A stretch of 38,941 bases of DNA from Parcubacteria group bacterium (GCA_016180525.1 JACPBB010000004.1:1-38941); one strand, 5' to 3'; shown: positions 15,723 through 25,082, counted from the first letter of the stretch. Notes: a model not told the origin generated them from the letters alone. Translations and numbers: made by a program.

Positions 15723-17639
15723 ATGACATCAGAAGAAATACGAAAAAGATTTCTTTCTTTTTTTAAAGAGAGAGGCCACGCCATAATTCCATCGGCATCT
15801 TTAGTGCCCGAAAATGATCCTACAACGCTTTTTACCGGCTCAGGCATGCAGCCGCTTTTGCCATATCTTTTAGGAGAGAAGCACCCGCAAGGAACCAAAT
15901 TGGCAGATTCCCAAAAATGTTTTAGGACTCAGGATATTGAAGAAGTGGGCGATAATCGCCATACGACCTTTTTTGAAATGCTCGGGAACTGGTCTCTTGG
16001 AGATTACTGGAAAGAAGAGCAGATTCAATGGTTTTTTGAATTTTTAACAAAAGAAGTAAAAATCCTGCCTGAAAAACTCTGGGTTACTTGTTTTGACGGA
16101 GATGAAACATTGGGATTGTCAAAAGACACTAAATCCGCTGAAATCTGGAAAAAATTAGGCATACCGGAAAGCCGCATCAGGTTTTATGGAGCGAAAAAGA
16201 ATTGGTGGAGTCGCTCCGGAGTACCTGAAAATATGCCAGCAGGGGAGCCCGGCGGCCCTGATTCTGAAGTATTTTATGAATTCACACAGGTTGCGCACGA
16301 CCCTAAATTTGGAGCGGAGTGCCATCCGAATTGTGATTGTGGAAGATTTCTTGAAATTGGAAACTCTGTTTTTATGCAATATGTGAAAAAAGAGGACGGT
16401 TCATTTGAACTTCTCCCGAAAAGAAATGTTGATTTTGGCGGAGGACTTGAGCGTATTGCGGCAGCATCAAACAATAACAATGATATTTTTCTTGTAAATT
16501 ATAACTATATTATTAAAGGGATTGAAAGAGTAACCAAAACAAAGTATGAGGACAATTTACAGGCGTATCGCATTATTGCAGATCATATAAAAGCAGCAGC
16601 GTTTCTTATAGGAGACGGTGTGCTCCCATCAAATACAGATAAGGGTTATATACTCCGCCGTCTTATCCGTCGGGGGGTTAGATATAGTGATATTCTTGGT
16701 ATTGATAAAGAATTTCTATCTACGCTTGTAGATTTTGTTATTGAAAAATATAAAGATGTATATTCGAATTTATCTGAAAGAGCGCCTATTATAAAAAATG
16801 AAATTAAAAAAGAAGAAGAAAAATTTCGAGACACCCTTAGTAAGGGCCTTGCAGTCTTAAATAAAGAATTAAAAGCACAAATTGTGAAGCGCGGAGAAGC
16901 GGTTGAGGCACAAAAAATAAGCCTTATACAGGGTCCGGGAAATGTTCAAATATCGGATTACCGACCGCCAAATTCAATGGTTACTGGTAGATGGTTGTTT
17001 GATTTTTATCAGACGTTTGGCTTCCCTGTCGAAATGATTATAGAAGAATTAAAATCTCAAGGTTACTATTTCAGTCCGAAAGAATATAAAAGACTTGCTA
17101 ATGAATTTAAAGAGGAATTTGAAAAACACAAAGAAGTTTCTCGTGCCGGTCTGGAGAAAAAATTTAAAGGCGGGTTGGCAGACACAAGTGAGAAAACAAC
17201 AATGCTTCATACCACGACACACCTTATGCTCGCAGGACTACGGAATTTTTTAGGAGAGCACGTGCATCAGGCGGGCTCAAATATTACTCCAGAGAGAACA
17301 CGGTTTGATTTTAGTCATCCTGAAAAAGTTGGGAGAGACATTCTTGATAAGGTAGAAAAATATGTAAATGAGGCTATTTCAAAAAAATGCGATGTTATTA
17401 TTGAACAGATGCCTAAAGCAGAAGCGCAGAAAAAGGGAGTTGAAGGAAGCTTTTGGGAACGGTACCCCGATATGGTTAACGTCTATATGGTGAAATGCGA
17501 AGATGGGACAATATATTCACAGGAATTATGCGGAGGCCCTCACGTAAAAAATACCAAAGATATCAAGGGAGTCTTTAAAATAGTAAAAGAAGAAGCGGTT
17601 TCAGCGGGAGTGCGGCGTGTTAAGGCGGTACTTGAATAA
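15723..17639 (+). CDS. alaS: Alanine--tRNA ligase (short form lacking C-Ala domain)
   Basis: RHTTFFEMLGNWS, DFGGGLER, IADH, GYILRRLIRR; editing motifs HTTTH and ELCGGPH; ends at GVRRVKAVLE. Confidence 0.97.
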   Translation: MTSEEIRKRFLSFFKERGHAIIPSASLVPENDPTTLFTGSGMQPLLPYLLGEKHPQGTKLADSQKCFRTQDIEEVGDNRHTTFFEMLGNWSLGDYWKEEQIQWFFEFLTKEVKILPEKLWVTCFDGDETLGLSKDTKSAEIWKKLGIPESRIRFYGAKKNWWSRSGVPENMPAGEPGGPDSEVFYEFTQVAHDPKFGAECHPNCDCGRFLEIGNSVFMQYVKKEDGSFELLPKRNVDFGGGLERIAAASNNNNDIFLVNYNYIIKGIERVTKTKYEDNLQAYRIIADHIKAAAFLIGDGVLPSNTDKGYILRRLIRRGVRYSDILGIDKEFLSTLVDFVIEKYKDVYSNLSERAPIIKNEIKKEEEKFRDTLSKGLAVLNKELKAQIVKRGEAVEAQKISLIQGPGNVQISDYRPPNSMVTGRWLFDFYQTFGFPVEMIIEELKSQGYYFSPKEYKRLANEFKEEFEKHKEVSRAGLEKKFKGGLADTSEKTTMLHTTTHLMLAGLRNFLGEHVHQAGSNITPERTRFDFSHPEKVGRDILDKVEKYVNEAISKKCDVIIEQMPKAEAQKKGVEGSFWERYPDMVNVYMVKCEDGTIYSQELCGGPHVKNTKDIKGVFKIVKEEAVSAGVRRVKAVLE

Positions 17640-17680
17640 TATATATAACTTTGCTACAATCATTCTTTCATTCTTTATAT

Positions 17681-18460
17681 ATGCAGAAAACAGAAGAAAA
17701 AAAGGATATAAAATCAACAAGTACCTCTCTCATTGAGGATATGTTCCATGCGGGGGCGCATTTTGGATATTCCAAAACTCGCAGACATCCTTCATTTAAG
17801 CCTATGGTATTTGGCGCCAAAAAAGGTGTCGATATTTTAAATTTAGAAAAAACAGGTGCTCAATTGATGAAGACGCTTGAACTCGTAGCAGAAAGCGCGA
17901 AATTGGGAAAAAATTTTCTTCTTGTGGGCACGAAGCATGAGGCACGAAAAGCAGTTGAGGAAGCCGCTCGCACGCTTGAATTACCCTATGTTACTAAACG
18001 ATGGATCGGAGGCACACTTACCAACTTTCCAGAAATTAAAAAAAGAGTTGCTCGCCTTACAACACTTGTAGAGCAAAAAAAAGAAGGAAAATTGGATGTG
18101 TATACAAAAAAAGAGCGGCTGTTGCTTGATAGGGAAATTGCCCGTCTTGAAACATTTTTCAGAGGTATAGTTAAAATGGAAAAAACTCCGGATATGTTGT
18201 TTATTATAGATCCTCGACACGAAAAAACAGCGGTTAAAGAAGCGATTCAAAAATCTATTCCCATAGTGGCGCTTGCGAGCTCGGACTGCAATCTTGCTGA
18301 TATACAATATCCGATACCAGCAAATGATTCTTCAATGACAAGTATCATATTCTTCATGAACAAATTTGTTAAGGCATACCAGGAAGGAAAAAAACAGCAA
18401 ACAGCACCTGCCATAGCAGAGAAAGTAAAGGAAAACAAGGAAAAAAATCTTAAATCATAA
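17681..18460 (+). CDS. rpsB: 30S ribosomal protein S2
   Basis: AGAHFG, VGTK, RWIGGTLTNF, IPANDSS. Confidence 0.97.
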   Translation: MQKTEEKKDIKSTSTSLIEDMFHAGAHFGYSKTRRHPSFKPMVFGAKKGVDILNLEKTGAQLMKTLELVAESAKLGKNFLLVGTKHEARKAVEEAARTLELPYVTKRWIGGTLTNFPEIKKRVARLTTLVEQKKEGKLDVYTKKERLLLDREIARLETFFRGIVKMEKTPDMLFIIDPRHEKTAVKEAIQKSIPIVALASSDCNLADIQYPIPANDSSMTSIIFFMNKFVKAYQEGKKQQTAPAIAEKVKENKEKNLKS

Positions 18461-18472
18461 ATCTTACATCTG
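18445..18472 (+). repeat. Heptamer tandem repeat (AAATCTT-type) across the rpsB stop
   Basis: AAATCTT AAATCAT AAATCTT ACATCTG; reverse complement of the glmS-gatB unit. Confidence 0.75.
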
Positions 18473-18482
18473 AAATTAATCT

Positions 18483-19067
18483 ATGGTTTCCACAGACCAA
18501 GTAAAAGAATTAAGAGACAAAACAGGCATTTCTGTCATGCAATGCAAAAAGGCTCTTGAGGATGCTGGCGGGGATATGAATAAAGCGCTTGAAATGCTTA
18601 AGGCAAAAGGCGCCGAAATTGCGTCAAAAAAGAGCGCCCGTGCCCTTAAGGCAGGAGCTGTGGCCTCATACGTTCATAGCAATAATGCTGTAGGAGCAAT
18701 GGTTTTACTTTCATGCGAGACAGATTTTGTCGCAAGAAATGAAGAATTTAAGACGCTTGCATATGATATTGCAATGCATATAACAGCAATGAGTCCGGAG
18801 TTTGTGTCAGCAAAAGACATTACAACAAAACACAGGGAAAAGGCTCGTGAATTATTCAACAAGGAGGTAGATGAGAGTGGGAAGCCATCAGAAATAAAAG
18901 AGAAGATGCTTGCCGGTAAAATAGGAACATATTTTAAAGAACGGACGCTGCTTGATCAGCAATTCATTAAAGATGGAGAAAAAACGATCAGCGACCTAAT
19001 TACCAATGCTATACAAAAATTTGGAGAAAACATAGAGGTCGCTCAATTTGTTCGTTTCTCGGTTTAA
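18483..19067 (+). CDS. tsf: Elongation factor Ts (short form)
   Basis: VKELRDKTG...CKKAL, CETDFVARN, LLDQQFIKD. Confidence 0.97.
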   Translation: MVSTDQVKELRDKTGISVMQCKKALEDAGGDMNKALEMLKAKGAEIASKKSARALKAGAVASYVHSNNAVGAMVLLSCETDFVARNEEFKTLAYDIAMHITAMSPEFVSAKDITTKHREKARELFNKEVDESGKPSEIKEKMLAGKIGTYFKERTLLDQQFIKDGEKTISDLITNAIQKFGENIEVAQFVRFSV

Positions 19068-19072
19068 TCACT

Positions 19073-19471
19073 ATGTTCATCATTCTTTCTGTCTTTTTTA
19101 TATCACTCGCTGGATTATCTGGTATGATTCTATTTCGACGGTGGGAAATTAAAAAAGGAAAAGTTTTGGCAGCTACAAGTCTCAATGAACCATTTTTTTC
19201 TGAACAAGAAATAAAAATGCTTGTTCAAAGGTGTTATACATGCATACCAAGAGAATATTTTTTACGCCTGTTGGGAACAATGTCTATTCACGGCAAAGAT
19301 ACCACTCAAAAGTTGGTTAGTTTAATTCAGAATTCATTATTACATCAACGTATACGTGTATGTATTGAAGCAGTGAAAGGAAAATACAAAATACAGCATG
19401 GTACCAGGCCCTCTTCTCCTTTTATTCAAGATATACTGGCACATAAAGAACAAATTCGTAATAATAAGTAA
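19073..19471 (+). CDS. Hypothetical protein with N-terminal membrane anchor
   Basis: MFIILSVFFISLAGLSGMILF followed by a basic stretch. Confidence 0.75.
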   Translation: MFIILSVFFISLAGLSGMILFRRWEIKKGKVLAATSLNEPFFSEQEIKMLVQRCYTCIPREYFLRLLGTMSIHGKDTTQKLVSLIQNSLLHQRIRVCIEAVKGKYKIQHGTRPSSPFIQDILAHKEQIRNNK

Positions 19472-19551
19472 AACGCAGATTATTATTACACATAGATATA
19501 GTATAAAAACATACCTGAGCATTTTAATAGTAAGGTCTTAAAAAAATAATT

Positions 19552-19624
19552 GCCGCCTTAGCTCAGTTGGTAGAGCAACGGTTTTGTAAACCGTAGGTCC
19601 GGAGTTCGAGTCTCCGAGGCGGCT
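19552..19624 (+). tRNA. tRNA-Thr(UGU), CCA not encoded
   Basis: Acceptor GCCGCCT/AGGCGGC, D arm GCTC...GAGC, anticodon arm ACGGT-TTTGTAA-ACCGT, T loop GTTCGAGTC. Confidence 0.97.
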
Positions 19625-19664
19625 ATGGTAAGGTAAATTTAAATTAAAAAAACATAATTTTCTT

Positions 19665-20804
19665 ATGAAGAAAAATAAGATTATTGAAATTGATTTCCCT
19701 GAAGAGAGGAAATTGTATCAAGAACTGAAACAGAGAAATGATTCGGAGGCAAAAAGACTTCTTCGTTTTTTAAATATGCCTGATTTGTCGCGAACCAAAG
19801 ATAGTCCTTTAAAAGAGGTTGTTACCCGAGCTTTGCAAGTCACGAGTCTTAAAGGCTTTGACATAATAAAAATTCCGGAAATTGTTCCTACACATGTTTT
19901 GTTTGATCTTTTCAATATGCCACCCGGACATCCTGCACGTAGTAAGTCAGATACCTATTATATAAACGATGAATATGTATTACGAACTCACGACACGGTC
20001 TTTTGGTATTACTATTTAAATCATCCGGATATTAAAAAAAGAATTGAAAATAAAGAAACACTTGGAGTGGTCTGTTTCGGCAAAGTGTACCGAAAAGATG
20101 AAATAGACCGAAGTCACATGAACGTGTTTCATCAGTTTGGCGGCTTATACATAGGGCCGGATGACAAAGTTATTATAACTCCGGATGATTTAAAAAGTGC
20201 GCTTTCAGAAATAGCAAAAAGTATTTTTGGTGATGTTAATTTTCGTTTTTATGACCACACATTTCCGTATACCGACCCTAGTTTTGAAATGGAAGCGGAA
20301 ATAAATAATCAGTGGATAGAAATTTTAGGTTCCGGCATGGCACGAAAAAGCGTACTTTCAAATTTTGGCTTAACGGGCTATCACGGCTGGGCATTCGGCT
20401 TTGGACTAGAACGTCTCGCGATTATGAACATGAGTTTGCCCGACATTCGACTTCTCTGGTCGGATGACCCACGTATTAGAAAACAACTGCATCTTGGTAA
20501 TACATATGTTCCGGTAAGCAAATATCCGCCTATCACTCGCGATATATCGTTTATAGTTCCAAAAAGTTTTGTACCAAATAATTATTTTGACTTGATACGA
20601 GACCTTGGCGGGACGTTGGTAGAAGAAGTAAAACTTCTTGATTCATATGAAAATCCTGAAAAATTTGGGAAAGATAAAATAAGTTACACATATCGGATAG
20701 TGTATCGCAGTAATGACAGGACATTGCTTAGTAAGGAAGTGGACAAAATTCAAGACGAAATTTACAAACAAACAGCGGTTCAATTTAACGCCGAGTTGCG
20801 TTAG
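19665..20804 (+). CDS. pheS: Single-chain (organellar-type) phenylalanine--tRNA ligase: catalytic domain fused to FDX-ACB
   Basis: HPARSKSDTYY, GKVYRKDEID, FPYTDPSFE, WAFGFGLERLA, then YPPITRDISF...YRSNDRTL...ELR anticodon-binding domain. Confidence 0.92.
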   Translation: MKKNKIIEIDFPEERKLYQELKQRNDSEAKRLLRFLNMPDLSRTKDSPLKEVVTRALQVTSLKGFDIIKIPEIVPTHVLFDLFNMPPGHPARSKSDTYYINDEYVLRTHDTVFWYYYLNHPDIKKRIENKETLGVVCFGKVYRKDEIDRSHMNVFHQFGGLYIGPDDKVIITPDDLKSALSEIAKSIFGDVNFRFYDHTFPYTDPSFEMEAEINNQWIEILGSGMARKSVLSNFGLTGYHGWAFGFGLERLAIMNMSLPDIRLLWSDDPRIRKQLHLGNTYVPVSKYPPITRDISFIVPKSFVPNNYFDLIRDLGGTLVEEVKLLDSYENPEKFGKDKISYTYRIVYRSNDRTLLSKEVDKIQDEIYKQTAVQFNAELR

Positions 20805-20939
20805 GGGATATCCAAAATATCCTTATTTTACAAGCTAAAAACACTGTTTTTTACTTGTTTTAGGGGGTATCTTTTGTTATAATAAACATGCACGTAAAGC
20901 CGTGCATTTCTTTAATTTTAAAGACTCTATTTTCCTACA

Positions 20940-23105
20940 ATGCCCCTCAAAAGACTAAAAATAAGAACAGAAAAAGACCGCAATCCTCTGCCTTCTAAAA
21001 AGGAGAAAGTAAAAACAGAAACAAAAAAGAAGAAATCCGTACCCATTCCGCAAAAAAAAGAAGCCGTAACAAAAGCAGAGTCACGCAAAAAAGGAGAATA
21101 TAAAGCTGCCGACATCACGGTGCTTGAAGGCCTTGAGCCGGTACGAAAGCGTCCTGGTATGTATATTGGCACAACAGGCACGGAAGGGCTTCATCATTTA
21201 CTATGGGAGACTTTTGATAACTCTCGGGATGAAGCAATGGGAGGGTTTGCAAACCGCATAGAAATTGTACTCTTGCCCGACCACATGGTGCGCGTTGCCG
21301 ACAACGGACGCGGTATTCCTGTTGATATCCATAAACAAACAAAAGTATCGGCGCTGCAAACAATTATGACCACGCTTCACTCTGGAGGAAAATTTGGAGG
21401 AGAAGGATACAAAATCTCAGGAGGTCTTCACGGCGTTGGTATCTCTGTCGTAAACGCTCTGTCTGTGTACACAAAAGCAGAAGTACATCGCGACGGAGGA
21501 AAATACCTGCAGGAATATAAACGCGGAAAACAACAAGCAAAAGTTAAAAAAGTCGCGTCTTCAAAATTAAACGGAACCATTATCACGTTTGAGCCTGATC
21601 CGGAGATATTTAAGGACAGAACATTAAATTGGAAAAAAATTGTTGATCACATTCGACAACAAGCATATTTAGTCAAAGGAATGTCTGTTACTATTATTGA
21701 TGCTCGAGAACATAAAAACAGCATTAATCTGAATGATATTTTTTATTTTAAAGAATTAGAGTTGGAAGTACCCGAGTTTTCTTTTTGTTTTGAGGGGGGT
21801 ATTAGTTCAATGGTTAAGTTTTATAACCAGGCCCTTAAACCAATTCATAAAAATGTATTTTATATTGAAAAAACAATTGATACCGTTGCTGTTGAAGTAG
21901 CGCTTCAATATGTTGACGACATATCATCTCGTGAAATTGCGTTTGCGAACAATACATATAACCAAGAGGGTGGCACGCATATGACGGGATTTCGCACGGC
22001 GCTTACCAGAACTCTTAATGATTACGCAAAAAAGAATAATCTCCTAAAGGGCGAGGATGACTCACTCTCGGGAGATGACGTGCGTGAGGGTCTTACTGCC
22101 GTTGTGTCGGTCAAGTTGCGCGAGATTCAATTTGAAGGGCAGACGAAAGGGAAACTTGGAAGCGTTGAAGCCCGCGGAGCCGTTGAAAAGGTCTTTTCTG
22201 ACGGTTTTAGCGCGTTTCTAGAGGAGAAACCAGAGGAAGCGCGCATAATTATTGGTAAGGTGGTTTTAGCTCTAAAAGCGCGAAAAGCCGCAAAAGCTGC
22301 TAAAGATAGCGTCTTGCGCAAAGGAGCTCTTGAGGGATTTACCTTACCGGGGAAATTAGCTGACTGCCAAACGCGCGATGCAAGCGAGGCTGAGCTTTTC
22401 ATTGTAGAAGGAGACTCTGCTGGAGGCTCTGCAAAAACTGGCCGTGATAGGAGGGTCCAGGCGATACTGCCACTTCGTGGAAAAATTTTAAATGTTGAGC
22501 GCGCGCGGCTTGATAAAATGCTTGCTTCAACCGAAATTAAGGCACTTGTGGTGGCGCTCGGAACAGCAATTGGGGACACATTTAACATTGAAAAATTACG
22601 CTATCATAAAATTATCATTGCGACAGACGCGGATGTTGATGGAGCACACATCAGAACATTATTACTTACCTTATTCTATAGATACTTTAAGCAATTGATT
22701 GAAGTAGGAAATATTTATATTGCAACTCCACCACTCTATAAAATTAAAACGGGGAAAGACGTGCGTTATGTATATACGGAAGCGGAAAAAACAAAAGCGA
22801 TTGGTAAAGATACCGACAGTCTTCTTATTGATGACAGCGTAAACGAAGACGAAGAAATTAATGAGGAGATGGAAAAAACAAAAACTAAAAAAGTAAGTAT
22901 TCAGCGCTATAAGGGTCTTGGAGAAATGAATCCGGAAGAGCTGTGGGAGACAACCATGAATCCAGTAACTCGTACATTAAAACAGGTTACTATTGAAGAC
23001 GCCAAAGAGGCGGACAAAGTATTTGACATCCTCATGGGCACTGATGTTCCGTCTCGTAAAACATTCATTCAGACACACGCCAAGGAAGCAGAACTGGATA
23101 TATAG
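20940..23105 (+). CDS. gyrB: DNA gyrase subunit B
   Basis: LEPVRKRPGMYIG, DNGRGIP, GGLHGVG, EGDSAGG, PLRGK, DADVDG, QRYKGLGEM. Lys-rich N-terminal extension, so the exact start is uncertain. Confidence 0.95.
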   Translation: MPLKRLKIRTEKDRNPLPSKKEKVKTETKKKKSVPIPQKKEAVTKAESRKKGEYKAADITVLEGLEPVRKRPGMYIGTTGTEGLHHLLWETFDNSRDEAMGGFANRIEIVLLPDHMVRVADNGRGIPVDIHKQTKVSALQTIMTTLHSGGKFGGEGYKISGGLHGVGISVVNALSVYTKAEVHRDGGKYLQEYKRGKQQAKVKKVASSKLNGTIITFEPDPEIFKDRTLNWKKIVDHIRQQAYLVKGMSVTIIDAREHKNSINLNDIFYFKELELEVPEFSFCFEGGISSMVKFYNQALKPIHKNVFYIEKTIDTVAVEVALQYVDDISSREIAFANNTYNQEGGTHMTGFRTALTRTLNDYAKKNNLLKGEDDSLSGDDVREGLTAVVSVKLREIQFEGQTKGKLGSVEARGAVEKVFSDGFSAFLEEKPEEARIIIGKVVLALKARKAAKAAKDSVLRKGALEGFTLPGKLADCQTRDASEAELFIVEGDSAGGSAKTGRDRRVQAILPLRGKILNVERARLDKMLASTEIKALVVALGTAIGDTFNIEKLRYHKIIIATDADVDGAHIRTLLLTLFYRYFKQLIEVGNIYIATPPLYKIKTGKDVRYVYTEAEKTKAIGKDTDSLLIDDSVNEDEEINEEMEKTKTKKVSIQRYKGLGEMNPEELWETTMNPVTRTLKQVTIEDAKEADKVFDILMGTDVPSRKTFIQTHAKEAELDI

Positions 23106-23159
23106 AATATAGAGAATAGTGGGTAGAAAGTAGATTTCTATATTTAAGAATCTTAATAC

Positions 23160-23192
23160 AAAAGGAACAATTCGTGCGAAGTGTTCCTTTTT
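23160..23192. terminator. Bidirectional terminator
   Basis: AAAAGGAACA-ATTCGTGCGAAG-TGTTCCTTTT between convergent genes. Confidence 0.75.
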
Positions 23193-23210
23193 ATTAATAA
23201 TCATCATTCA

Positions 23211-23567
23211 TCAATCAAATCCTAGTTCTTCTCTTTCATTGAAAATTTCTTGCGCGCGGGTGTGTATTTCTTGAAATATATTTTCAATTATTTTTCTGTT
23301 ATTTTCTGGCTCATTTGGGGGAAGTCGCCAAAAGTCCCATTGCTGATATCCTAGTTCGTTATCCCATCCAACTTGATGAAATGGTCCCAGTTTATGTTTC
23401 TTACTAACCTCTTCAATAGCTCTATTGTAAGCGATGTTTTGCTTTTTATCTTTTGCTCTAAAATTAATTCCCCACGTTAAATCTAAACCAGGAACTGATT
23501 CTTTGACCTTTAAGTCAGCCTTTTCAAAAAAATGTTCTTTCTGTTCATTTTTGGGCTCTTTTTCCAT
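23211..23567 (-). CDS. Hypothetical protein
   Basis: 118-aa ORF starting 7 nt after the thrS stop; no recognised motif. Confidence 0.7.
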   Translation of the reverse strand: MEKEPKNEQKEHFFEKADLKVKESVPGLDLTWGINFRAKDKKQNIAYNRAIEEVSKKHKLGPFHQVGWDNELGYQQWDFWRLPPNEPENNRKIIENIFQEIHTRAQEIFNEREELGFD

Positions 23568-23574
23568 TTTATTC

Positions 23575-24816
23575 TTACTTTCTTTCTTTGATTTCTTTTT
23601 TGATTTTGGAGAGGAGGTTATCTATCACAAGTATTTCTTTTTTCCCGCTTCGGCCTTCAAGGGTTGTCGTGTTTGACTCTACTTCTTTATCCCCCACAAC
23701 GGCCAAGTAGGGTATTTTTTGCTGTTTGGCGGCTCTAATTTTTTTACCAAGCGTTTCATTTTCATTATAAAATTCAACCCTAATGCCATCGGCGTGCAAC
23801 TTCTCATATACTTCTTTGGCAAACTTTTCATGCTTTTCTCCGATGGGGAGAATCGCAACTTGAACGGGGGAGAGCCAGAGGGGAAAAGCGCCTCCATAAT
23901 GCTCAATAAGAAACGCCATGATGCGTTCAATGGCACCAATTGAAGAGCGGTGCACGACAAAAGCGCGTTTTTTGCTTCCGTCTTCTCCAATATAGGAAAG
24001 GTCAAAACGTTCTGGCATGCAAAAATCATATTGCACGGTAAATGCCGTATCTTCTTTACCGTTTGCATTTTTCATCTGAACATCAATTTTTGGTCCGTAG
24101 AATGCCGCTTCATTTTTTACTTCAACAAATTTATTTTTTTTCTTTTCAAGTAGATCACGAAGTAATGATTCGCCTTTTTCCCACGCCTCATCATTTTTAT
24201 AATATTTTTCCGTATTTGTCCTGTCTCCAAGCGAGAGGCGATAGTGATATTCTTTTCCATATTGCAGACCAAAAACGTGAGTGACATATTCAATCAAATC
24301 AAGCGCCCCGCCAATTTCTTCCACAGCCTCCTCTTCACTTTTGCAAATAATGTGCGCATCGGCAAGAGAAAACGTGCGGACTCGCTGAAGCCCCATCAAT
24401 TCTCCGGATTGTTCATAGCGATATAGTTTTGCAATTTCTGCGGTACGAATAGGAAGCTCGCGGTAACTATGCGGTTTTCGTAAGTAGAGCTGAAAATGAT
24501 GCGGGCACGTCATCGGCCGGAGCATGAATTTTTCATCATCAATCTCAATCGGCGCGTACATTGAGTCCTGATAGTGCGGATAGTGGCCAGATTTAATATA
24601 TAAATCAAGTTTTGCGATATCGGGAGTATAGACATGCTGATATCCGCGGCGAATTTCCTCATCAACAATAAATCGCTCAAGCTCGCGTCGTATCGCCGCG
24701 CCCTTGTGCGTAAAAAGCGGCAGTCCTTTGCCGACCGTCTCGTCAATATAGTAAAGGTCTAACTGTTTCCCTAAAATTTTATGGTCTCTCTCCGAATGAG
24801 ATTCATCATTATTCAT
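23575..24816 (-). CDS. thrS: Threonine--tRNA ligase lacking N-terminal TGS/editing domains
   Basis: Starts just before RDHKILG; RPMTCPHH, YRYEQSG, DAHI, FYGPKID, HRSSIGAIER, FPLWLSP. Confidence 0.97.
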   Translation of the reverse strand: MNNDESHSERDHKILGKQLDLYYIDETVGKGLPLFTHKGAAIRRELERFIVDEEIRRGYQHVYTPDIAKLDLYIKSGHYPHYQDSMYAPIEIDDEKFMLRPMTCPHHFQLYLRKPHSYRELPIRTAEIAKLYRYEQSGELMGLQRVRTFSLADAHIICKSEEEAVEEIGGALDLIEYVTHVFGLQYGKEYHYRLSLGDRTNTEKYYKNDEAWEKGESLLRDLLEKKKNKFVEVKNEAAFYGPKIDVQMKNANGKEDTAFTVQYDFCMPERFDLSYIGEDGSKKRAFVVHRSSIGAIERIMAFLIEHYGGAFPLWLSPVQVAILPIGEKHEKFAKEVYEKLHADGIRVEFYNENETLGKKIRAAKQQKIPYLAVVGDKEVESNTTTLEGRSGKKEILVIDNLLSKIKKEIKERK

Positions 24817-24864
24817 ACACTCTATAATAACAAAAGAGTTCTAATTATTTTAATCTAAAAATGC

Positions 24865-24893
24865 TTGACAGAACAATTACAATATGCTAGAAT
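24865..24893 (+). promoter_or_regulatory. Near-consensus sigma70 promoter with no downstream ORF
   Basis: TTGACA (24865-70), N17, TAGAAT (24888-93), with TGC extended -10. Confidence 0.8.
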
Positions 24894-24900
24894 AAATTCT

Positions 24901-25082
24901 GAACAAGGCGACAAGGTACGTCATTTCCGCATCACTTGAGATGTAGAAAGTGGCCGAGCTGTCATTTCACCTCCAAAGCGGCGAGGGAGACGGTCCCAGA
25001 AACGCTTGCGATTGAGTGGTCAAATGACTAGCTTTGTTTGAAGGCTCCTGGCATTACTTAAAACGCAGGGGCCTTTCTATTT
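24901..25082 (+). ncRNA. Candidate structured small RNA (unassigned family)
   Basis: Lies between the promoter and a terminator; GC-richer than its flanks; nested pairings GAACAAGGC/GCTTTGTTT, GTCATTT/AAATGAC, GCTGTC/GACGGT, CCTC/GAGG. Confidence 0.6.
25041..25082 (+). terminator. Intrinsic terminator
   Basis: AAGGCTCCTG (25041-50) / CAGGGGCCTT (25066-75), then TCTATTT. Confidence 0.65.

Noticed and set aside
20888-20998. uORF and hairpin (ATGCACG/CGTGCAT) upstream of gyrB
   Set aside because: The ATG is only 4 nt after the -10 box, so it is probably not in the transcript; the stem is short.
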